Shown: piece by piece, positions 56,022 to 64,000 of the stretch | Layout of the letters: each line of letters begins with the position of its first letter | Position numbering within the stretch: position 1 is the stretch's first letter | NCBI GenBank assembly: GCA_004431415.1 | Contig: QPMI01000235.1 | Location: 1 to 64,000, forward strand | Direction of reading: 5' to 3' | DNA length: 64,000 nucleotides | Source: Cyanophora paradoxa CCMP329 | Taxonomy: Eukaryota > Plantae > Glaucophyta | Position numbers and translations under genes: made by a program | Notes under the pieces: model-generated | What the model saw: the letters and a program-made list of their open reading frames with translations, nothing else | Databases searched by the model: none | What the model was told of the DNA's origin: nothing

Positions 56022-59000
56022 GGGGAACCGTGCTGTAATAGTCATCCGAAATTATCTTGCGCTTTGTGTATTCCGTCTTATTTAATACTCTGCTGAAAGG
56101 AATTTGGATGATAGAACTAAAGCCAATCCCTGCCTCGCGTTGCTTTCCATTCGGTTTGAAGACACGAGCAAGTTTAGACTCAATTGTGCATTCTGGCTGA
56201 TACCTGCTCTCGAGCATCTGCTTGAACGCTTCCAAAGCGACCCGTGACTCGAGGTGCCCCTTCCTCATCTCCGGATCACTCGAAAGCCAGTTCTCTTCTA
56301 TCCAGCTCTTCGGAATTCCTTTCGCACGCACATGCACGTCAGACTCCCCATTCGCCTTCACAAAACGACAGCAGTAAACCTTTGGGCCAACAAAGTATGC
56401 CTCCACAATTTGCCCTTGGATGTCGTAATCTAGTTTTCCCAGCTCGTTCTCGCATATCGCCCTGTTTGCCTCTTCTTCGCTCATACCCTCCAAAGAGTAT
56501 GGTCGTTTCATGCAATCAGTCACCAGCTCTGCAAATTTCCTGTGCACAACAAGAGAGTCGGTGTCCGTGTAAAACGGCATGGCTTCGATGTCTTTGTAAG
56601 AGTTCATCTTTACTAGGAACCTGTCCATGATCTCGCGACTGTAGGAGAGAATAAATGCTCCAATGAAGCAGGGCTTCGACACACAAGCATCACGTTTGCT
56701 CTCTGGTACTTCGTATGTCACATACATCCGTGTTTCACTCTCAATTTCGATGTCTGTAATCGTAGACGTCCGCTGGAGCTCTTTAAATCGGCGATAATTA
56801 GAAACTAGCTCCGTGGTTTCGATCACTGCCCGCTGGGCAAATTTGCCGTAGAGACCATTTAGTTGAATCTTTGCTGTTGCGTACTGAGCTGTGCCCTTCC
56901 TTGAACGTGCCTTCATACAATACAACTTCTCGATGTAATCTTTAAACATTCGCTCCTTGCCTTCAAATAAATACACCTCGTGAACCTCTGTTATTTCGAC
57001 CCCAAGCGCTATCGCCCTATAGATATCGACCGATGTATACATCTCTCGCTCGATCGGTTTTAGGTTCGACCACCCCAAATTCGACTCGTGGCGTGGTAGC
57101 GGAGAAAGCACAAGGTCCTGAGGAATTTTCGCACTGATGCTCGCAATGAACAGTTGCTCCATTTTTCGACTTAGCATGAACTTTCGAAAACGCTCCAAAG
57201 CCTCCGGTTCATTGATCACCTTAAATTTACCTGTCGGAAACTGGTTAAAGTACATTGCGGTCGGATAAAGAGAGACCACATCCAGATCTACCAAGAAATC
57301 ATCTGGACCCTTCGAGACAAACTTGCGTTTGAATGGCAAACAGCGACCTCCGTAAATAGCCCTGCGAAAAACCTGATCTTCGCTATACTTTGGAAGGTGC
57401 AGCTCTGTCTTCATCAGCTGCCGGTAAATCTGAAATGCCATCGATGAAGCTGTAAGTGTCTGCTTAGAATTCACATTAATTCCAAATAGCTCAAAGCACG
57501 TACTCGAATATTTCATGTATAGCTCCGTCATCGATCGCACGTCGGCTCTAAGATATTCTCCCCATTCCTCTTTGTGTGTCTCAACATCTGCCCACGTCTT
57601 GATCTTGCGATGGTCAAAGTCTCCTTTGATCGTTGTGCAGCCGTAGTCCTTTCCAGCCTGTTTTAGTGAACCTTGAATATGTAGGCACGGGTCAAAACTT
57701 GTCAACTCTCCTCCTGCTGACGTCTTCCACTTCATACTCTTAATCTTGCCCGAGGAGCGCATGACGTTCACCTGGCTGTCTGGCCGATTCTCAATCAGCC
57801 ATCGGTATATGAATATCAGATCAAAACCCGCACCGTTGTAAAATACTACTGTGGTCTTCTCTGCCCAATCATCCAGCCATTGCATAAATTGATTTAATGT
57901 TTCAGGACCGTAGAACATCTTGGTTCCTACAATTTCGCCCTTGCAAATTATGTCTGTGTCAACAGCATATGGAACGTGGGTCTTGCCATCGCAAGGAAAT
58001 GTTTCAAAGTCCGCCCCTATCACGCTCTCCATTGCCGTAAATTCACTCTCCTTCTCGCAAGGGGTGATCTTTCTTCCAATGACACCTTTGTTTCTGATGG
58101 CCGCAACGCATTTGTTTGTGTGATCTTCAATTGGATTGTAGGCGCAACGGCATCTAGTACAAAACTGACAAGTTACCTTGTGCCTTTCCAGTTCCAACTG
58201 CATTTTCCCGCAGGCACTGCACTTCTCCATTTCAGTTGTTCTTTTATCCTTAATCAGGTAGCAGTGCGCCTCGACAATACAAAGGTGAGCACGCTTTTCA
58301 AATCCTAGATCGGTTGCAAAAAGCGGCTTAAATTTTCCTTGCGAAAACTCAAAAACACTCGTGTCTATTCTGTAAAAACCGCTCAGCTTATTAATTGTCG
58401 GCACATCAACTGATATCAATCCTCGCCGTAGTCCTAGCTGTGTTCTAATCCCTCCATAGTCCAATCTCTGAAGCTGCTTGTAAATTCGATCTAGGCTTAT
58501 TCTTCCAGGATTCAGCTTTACATATTCAAAGCACTCTAACACGCAATTGTCCTCTGGTGAAATCGGACAGTAGATCTTATTCATGGTCAGGGCTTTGCCG
58601 TTGAATGGGAGCTTTGGAACGTTTCCCAGTGCACCTGCAGCGTTCTCTGCAATTAGCACCTCTATTTTCACTACTGGCCAGAGGTCATTGTCTTCGTATG
58701 GCTGTTGCGCTAGCATCCATTGTTCCATCTTTTCAGCCAAGTTTGACAACAGCGAGTGCATTGTGCCCTCTTCGATTGTTGCAAGTTGAGTGCGATACAT
58801 GCGAAAGTTATCGAAATGAAAGCGAATTAGGACGCTTGATCCAATCCTCGCTGGCACTCGCAGCTCTCTCAGAAACACGATCGTGATCTCTTTCACTCGC
58901 TCAGGCATTGGAGTCGGTTCAATATCCAAAACATCCTTGGTAAATAACAACCCCGGATATGCATAGTGGGCATAATTTAACACGGTATCGCCTCGACCAC

Positions 59001-59310
59001 TCTCGCGAAACAAATTCGAGATCCCATACTCAACAATATCATCAAACTCTCGCGTGGTTGCAATTCGAGCATTGCGTTCGCTATCAAAATGTCTTGTTAT
59101 CCATGCCTCGTACAAAGGGCGCTGCGGCCGGTTCGTCTGCCTAAGTCTGAGCAATGTCGCTAGATTTGCTCGAAGATTTTGTGTGTGGGTTCCCCTCTGT
59201 GGGTCTGCTAGCCGCAACAGTGTGTTCAAATATGTTCCGTTAATGTACCTAAGAGTGTGTAGCTCCTGCGCAAGGCTCCGAATTTCCGCTCTCAGATTGT
59301 TCCTGTCCAT
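55984..59310 (-). CDS. polB: Protein-primed family B DNA polymerase with N-terminal TP/vOTU-like region
   Basis: Exonuclease motifs ADFET, YNGAGFD and YLRADV; polymerase motifs DVVSLYP, KIQLNGLYGKFAQ, YTDTDS and PKVY. Confidence 0.96.
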   Translation of the reverse strand: MDRNNLRAEIRSLAQELHTLRYINGTYLNTLLRLADPQRGTHTQNLRANLATLLRLRQTNRPQRPLYEAWITRHFDSERNARIATTREFDDIVEYGISNLFRESGRGDTVLNYAHYAYPGLLFTKDVLDIEPTPMPERVKEITIVFLRELRVPARIGSSVLIRFHFDNFRMYRTQLATIEEGTMHSLLSNLAEKMEQWMLAQQPYEDNDLWPVVKIEVLIAENAAGALGNVPKLPFNGKALTMNKIYCPISPEDNCVLECFEYVKLNPGRISLDRIYKQLQRLDYGGIRTQLGLRRGLISVDVPTINKLSGFYRIDTSVFEFSQGKFKPLFATDLGFEKRAHLCIVEAHCYLIKDKRTTEMEKCSACGKMQLELERHKVTCQFCTRCRCAYNPIEDHTNKCVAAIRNKGVIGRKITPCEKESEFTAMESVIGADFETFPCDGKTHVPYAVDTDIICKGEIVGTKMFYGPETLNQFMQWLDDWAEKTTVVFYNGAGFDLIFIYRWLIENRPDSQVNVMRSSGKIKSMKWKTSAGGELTSFDPCLHIQGSLKQAGKDYGCTTIKGDFDHRKIKTWADVETHKEEWGEYLRADVRSMTELYMKYSSTCFELFGINVNSKQTLTASSMAFQIYRQLMKTELHLPKYSEDQVFRRAIYGGRCLPFKRKFVSKGPDDFLVDLDVVSLYPTAMYFNQFPTGKFKVINEPEALERFRKFMLSRKMEQLFIASISAKIPQDLVLSPLPRHESNLGWSNLKPIEREMYTSVDIYRAIALGVEITEVHEVYLFEGKERMFKDYIEKLYCMKARSRKGTAQYATAKIQLNGLYGKFAQRAVIETTELVSNYRRFKELQRTSTITDIEIESETRMYVTYEVPESKRDACVSKPCFIGAFILSYSREIMDRFLVKMNSYKDIEAMPFYTDTDSLVVHRKFAELVTDCMKRPYSLEGMSEEEANRAICENELGKLDYDIQGQIVEAYFVGPKVYCCRFVKANGESDVHVRAKGIPKSWIEENWLSSDPEMRKGHLESRVALEAFKQMLESRYQPECTIESKLARVFKPNGKQREAGIGFSSIIQIPFSRVLNKTEYTKRKIISDDYYSTVPHEYIGQNSGGIL

Positions 59311-59510
59311 TATGAATAGGTCTCTACAATATTGGCTGACCGAAAACTTTTTGCGATTTAATCGCGCACAATCTCTGATTGCTAGTATGAGTGCGAGAAA
59401 CCTTTAAGCCATGCAACTAACTGCAAGACTTGTCTCCGGCTCGGTCTCCGGGATCCGGCTTGGATCCGGCTTGAGCTTGGCAGCCGCTCGTTCTCGGGCT
59501 AGCAATCCGC

Positions 59511-59680
59511 ACACTATCAGCGTACTATCAGCGCACTATCAGCGCACTATCAGCGCCAATCTTTTGTGTGTCACGTATCTCGCCGTTTTCTCGCCACGTC
59601 ACAGCGTCACGTCATGGCGTCCGCAAAGTTTTCTTAGGAACTTGACCCTCCGAATTAAAACAATTAAAACAATTAAAACA
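59511..59680. promoter_or_regulatory. Subterminal repeat-rich region upstream of pPolB
   Basis: ACTATCAGCG x4, AATTAAAAC x3 and clustered GTCACGT/ACGTCA motifs. Confidence 0.5.
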
Positions 59681-59710
59681 AAAGAAAGGTAAAGTCATCG
59701 ACACATCTCC

Positions 59711-60207
59711 AGAGGCCGCACCAGACCGCTAAAAGGGGCCCGTTTCTTACTGAAGTCACGCCTATAGATTTTGCTGAACGCGTTTCCTCAGCTAGCTCGA
59801 TGCACACATTTATTTCGTCTAGCTTTACCTTAACGCTCTTTCCTCGTTTAGCTTCTCTGTACTCGCCCTCACGCCTATAGTTAATGCTGAACGCGTTTCC
59901 TCAGTTAGCTCAATGCACACATTAATATCGCCTAGCCTATTCTGCTACGTTGCTCTACAGACCGCGCGCATGGGGGGCAGCGCTCCTCTTCGCCTATTCT
60001 AGTTGTCAGCTCTGTCCTGAATAGTCGTTAGATATTTCTTTGTTAAGACTCCGGCCCGAGTCTGGTAGACCTGGGAATTAGGGGCTCGTAGACGTACAAG
60101 GTGAATTAACTGAAGATGGGGTGGAGGTATACACTGGAAACGCATGGAATCGGGGGCAATGGAGCGAAGCGGAATTGCCCGGTCGTGAGGTCCATGCGTA
60201 TACAACA
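59711..60207 (-). repeat. Right terminal inverted repeat (497 bp)
   Basis: AGAGGCCGCACC...CCATGCGTATACAACA. Confidence 0.97.
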
Positions 60208-60213
60208 CGCATG
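60208..60213 (+). repeat. Right target-site duplication CGCATG
   Basis: Matches 38572-38577. Confidence 0.92.
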
Positions 60214-61578
60214 CCCCGCGGCCGTCGCGCGCGTGAGGCGTGGCGGTTGCACGAGTGCGCATGTGCTGCGGGTGCACGTGCGTCACGGCGTTGCTATATA
60301 GCTAGGGGCTGGCCTAGGCCTCCGCGCGATCTGGGCGCGGGCGCGGGGACGCTGCTCAAGCTCACGTTCCGCTCATGATCAAAAAGCGGCGCAGCGGGCC
60401 AGCTCATGATCATGATCAGCGGCGCCGGCTGCAGCAGGCATGCGCATCGCGCGCGCGGGGGGGCTCCGGATCCGCGCGCCGCGCGGGCGTCGGCTTGTTG
60501 CAAGTGGCATAGCCGGCCAAGTGCGGGCGGCTTGCGGCCGGCTTGTGCAATTGCGTCGGGTCGCGGTTGGCGCGGGTGAAGCGTGCGCGGCTGGCGCGGC
60601 TAGCCGCTGAGCCACAGCAAGCTGCCGCGCGCGCGAGAGGCGTAACCATTGTTGAGCCAAGCCGAGCTGCGGCGCCCGGGGGAGAAAGCGGCCGGGGGGT
60701 ACTTTAAGAGGTTTCGCAGGGTAAGTTCGCACTCTCCAATGCGATTGGCTAGCACGCGCGGCGTCCTCCTACGCGACCGCGCTCGCGCCCGGCCTCGCTC
60801 TTGCAGTACGGAATGTCGGGCATAATGCAAGCATTGACCTCGAACTGGTCCGGCCCGTATATCTGCTCCCTGTGCGTCGCTGGACCCCTTTTTGTCCCGG
60901 GTGTTGGTGCCTGTTCCTGGATCACCCTTTGGTCGGACGGGACCGGGAGACACGGTTTCGGGGTCCCCTGGGGATGGGCTTTCAGGGTGTACCACGCGGC
61001 CCGGGTTTTGAGGAGGTCGGGGAAATGGGATTTGGGGTAGGGTTGGGCCCGAGGGACAGGGACAGGGGAAGTGCCTTTTGATTATCGTTTTGTTAAATGA
61101 GCGGGATCGATCCGATCCGCACTAAGCCACTTTTTAAGAGTAAAGCGGGTCCCTGCATGCCGAATTCGAGCTCGGTGCCCAGCGGATCGGAAATCGGGTC
61201 TCGCCGGCGGCCCCCGGGGACCCCCTCGGAAACCGTTCCTAGGGCGGGCGCCGGCCCAAACGCACCGCCAGGAGTCGAGAGCGCGGCTATCAACAGGGAT
61301 GAACGCGCAGAGGCTGCCGGCACCCTTCTTCGTGCGGGCCGGGGTACGCGTGCGGTTCTGCGGGAGGCTCTCATCTTCGAATCATGGGTTCGAATCCCGG
61401 CGGGAGACTTTTGTCCTGCGAGCAGAGCGGCGCTTTCCACGCCAATAGCCATGCTCCTCGGCCGCGGCGTCGCTCTCTCGGCGCGCCCCGTGCGCGTGCG
61501 CGCGTTGAAAAGGGACCCCGAGCGAGTCGGCTCCTCGGCGCGCTCCACGAGGTCCGCACCCGCAGACGCTCTCGGAGG

Positions 61579-62839
61579 ATGGCCCGCATCAAGCAGACGG
61601 TGAGCGAGAGCGCCCGCCCCGCGCTCTTCTCCTCGTCCTCGTCGTCCGCCTTGCAGCCGATCATATGCATCGTGTCTCATGTCCGCCGTCTCTCGCAGGC
61701 AAAGAAGAGCACCGGCGGCAAGGCGCCGCGCAAGAAGCTGGCTACCAAGGCGGCCCGCCGCTCGGCTCCGGCGGCAGGCGGGGTGCGTGATGTCGCAGCG
61801 CGCGTCGCGTCCCAGCCGGAGCGCCGGCGCCGCATCCCGCGGCCGGCGCGTCTAACGTGTGCGCATGCGCACCGCAGGTGAAGAAGCCGCACCGCTACCG
61901 CCCTGGTCGTCTCCCTCCCCGCCCCGCGGCCGCGCTCTAGCTCAATGCAAGCTACGCCACATGCATGCATGCACGCATACACGCAGCTATAGCTAGCTAT
62001 AGATGCACCCCGCCCGCGCGCGCCGCTCCGGCCTCTCTCTCTCTCTCGCTCGCTCTCACCGATTCCTGACGCGCGTACCGCGCCGGTCGTCGGGCGGCGG
62101 CGGCGACGGAAAGGCACGGTGGCGCTCCGCGAGGTGCGCATGCATGCCGAGCCTACCGTAGCTGAGCCGACTCTGCGCCTGCGCGCCGCCTGATCCCGCG
62201 TCGCATCGCAGATCCGCAAGTACCAAAAGGTGGGCGCTGCCGCCGCGCTGCCGCCGGCCCGCCGCCGCGGGGCCCGGGCCCCGTGGCCCCGGGATCGTTC
62301 GACTGAGACCGCGGACGCAGACGACGAACCCGCTGATCCCCTACGCGCCCTTTAAGCGCCTCGTCCGCCTTCCCGCCCCCTTTTCCCGCCGCACCCCCGC
62401 ACTCCCTGCCACGTCGTTTTCGCGCCCGCGCGGCGCAGGTCCAGGAGATCGGGAGCGAGATTGCCAAGGAGAAGAACGAGGAGGGGGCAGACCCCAAGAT
62501 CGAGCTCCGCTGGACGCGCGAGGCCATCGAGTGCCTGCGCGAGGCCAGCGAGATGGTCCGCCGCGTTTGCGCCCCGGCCCCGCCCCCCTCGACCCCAAGG
62601 GCGCGCTTCCCACGCTCGCTTTGCCCGCCTCTGCGCAGCAACTCATCAAGCACTTTGAGGAGGCGAACCTCTTGGCGATCCACCGCAGGCGCATCACCAT
62701 CCAGCCCAAGGTGCGGCCCCCCGCCACCGCCAAGCCCCCTGCGCCCGACCCCCTGCCCCGCGCGCTCCGTTCTGTCCAGGACATTCAGCTCGCCCGCCGC
62801 ATCCGCGGCGAGCCTGCGACGGAGCCCACGGCCTCCTGA
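61579..62839 (+). CDS. Divergent histone H3 variant (CenH3-like fold), 9 exons, 153 aa
   Basis: Exons 61579-61599, 61699-61782, 61878-61905, 62114-62133, 62212-62229, 62321-62362, 62439-62555, 62639-62710 and 62780-62839; all introns GT-AG; they splice to [19 protein letters not shown]...[20 protein letters not shown]...[11 protein letters not shown]. Confidence 0.92.
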
Positions 62840-63209
62840 TCGCGACGGCGGCGGTCCAACAGCGGTCCGCGCAGAGGCCCGTCTCGGTCCGTCGCCCCTG
62901 CCCTCCTCTCCCTTCGCCCCCCCTTTCCCCGTACCCCCCCCCACCCCCCCCCACGCCGAGCCTCACCGGCGCGCGCGGCCGTGGCCAGCTCCGGGCTTGG
63001 CCGAGAGCCGGCGAGCCTGGCGTCGCCCTCCCTCCCCCCTTCTCTCCCCCCCTCCCCTCCCCCCCCCCCCCCCTTTCCCCCCTCCTGTTTCTCTCCCGAC
63101 TCGCCGCTCTCTCCCTCGTGCGAGAGCACCGCTGCTTCTGTACAGCAATGACCACACCGCACGCATACCCCCCGGGCCCTGTCTAAGAGGCGCGCGTCTA
63201 AGAGGGCGG

Positions 63210-63960
63210 CTTTGAGCGAAGCCTGGACGTAAATGGGAAACGCAGTACCCCCAGGGGGCGAGCTGAGCGTGGCCGGAGGGAGAGAGGAGAGAGGGGGGAG
63301 GGGCGGCCTTGAACAAAGCCTGGACGTAAATGGGAAACGCAGTACCCCCAGGGGGCGAGCTGAGCTTGGCCGGAGGGAGAGAGGGGGGAGGGGCGGCCTT
63401 GAGCAAAGCCTGGACGTAAATGGGAAACGCAGTACCCCCAGGGGGGCAAGCTGAGCTTGGCCAGAGGGAGAGAGGAGAGAGAGAGAGAGGGCAGCTTTGA
63501 GCAAAGCCTGGACGTAAATGGGAAACGCAGTACCCCCCAGGGGGGCGAGCTGAGCGTGGCCGGAGGGAGAGAGGGAGGAGGAGCCCCTTGAGCGAAGCCT
63601 GGACGTAAATGGGAAACGCAGTACCCCCCAGGGGGGCGAGCTGAGCTTGGCCGGAGGGCGAGAGGAGAGAGAGGGAGAGAGAGGGCAGCTTTGAGCAAAG
63701 CCTGGACGTAAATGGGAAACGCAGTACCCCCAGGGGGGCGAGCTGAGCTTGGCCGGAGGGAGAGAGGAGAGAGAGAGAGAGAGAGGGCAGCTTTGAGCAA
63801 AGCCTGGACGTAAATGGGAAACGCAGTACCCCCCAGGGGGGCGAGCCTCGGAGCTGAGCTTGGCCGGAGGGAGAGAGGGAGGAGGAGCCCCTTGAGCGAA
63901 GCCTGGATGTAAATGGGAAACGCAGTACCCCCAGGGGGCAGGCTGAGCGTGGGCGGAGGG
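63210..63960 (+). repeat. Tandem satellite, ~90-103-bp unit, 8 copies
   Basis: Core AAGCCTGGACGTAAATGGGAAACGCAGTACCCCC repeated with variable GA-rich spacers. Confidence 0.93.
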
Positions 63961-64000
63961 AGTGACGGGAGGGGGGAGCGGGGGGGGGGGGGGGGGGGGG

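Larger units (their letters stand above)
38578..60207. mobile_element. Endogenous Polinton/Maverick-like dsDNA virus, 21,630 bp, apparently intact
   Basis: 497-bp TIRs, 6-bp TSD, abrupt GC drop, intronless dense ORFs encoding pPolB, rve integrase, ATPase, MCP and pentons. Confidence 0.97.

Noticed and set aside
61380-61412. tRNA-like GGTTCGAATCCC B-box followed by TTTT
   Set aside because: Only a T-arm-like 3' piece; no matching 5' acceptor strand, D-arm or anticodon arm found
63210-63960. CRISPR-like appearance (constant core plus variable spacer)
   Set aside because: Spacers are homologous low-complexity GA tracts rather than unique sequences; no cas genes; eukaryotic context
1-64000. Assigning the host species
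   Set aside because: High GC, many short introns and F-box expansions suggest a protist or alga, but no diagnostic marker is present in the window

Overview
The window is a GC-rich, intron-rich eukaryotic (protist-like) genomic segment carrying an intact, much more AT-rich 21,630-bp endogenous DNA virus at 38578-60207 (Polinton/Maverick-like). The element has 497-bp terminal inverted repeats, TGTTGT...ACAACA ends and a 6-bp CGCATG target-site duplication. It encodes a protein-primed PolB with a probable N-terminal vOTU protease, an rve integrase, an A32-like packaging ATPase, a double-jelly-roll major capsid protein and two divergent penton-like paralogs. It also encodes a patatin phospholipase, an 1824-aa phage-like tail fibre with a peptidase S74 chaperone, two paralogous fibre-like proteins and several small ORFs. 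No stand-alone adenain-type protease is evident. Host DNA contains a ~202-bp satellite in two inverted arrays around a ~351-bp repeat array, and four tandem copies of a head-to-head unit (F-box/LRR-like gene plus decayed F-box/UvrD helicase, FBH1-like). It also has a TKL kinase, another F-box gene, a 9-exon histone H3 variant with CenH3-type fold substitutions but a near-canonical tail carrying K27R, and a terminal ~95-bp satellite. Most long ORFs in the GC-rich regions are artefacts of repeats and GC bias. All protein family calls come from motif recognition by eye, not from database searches.
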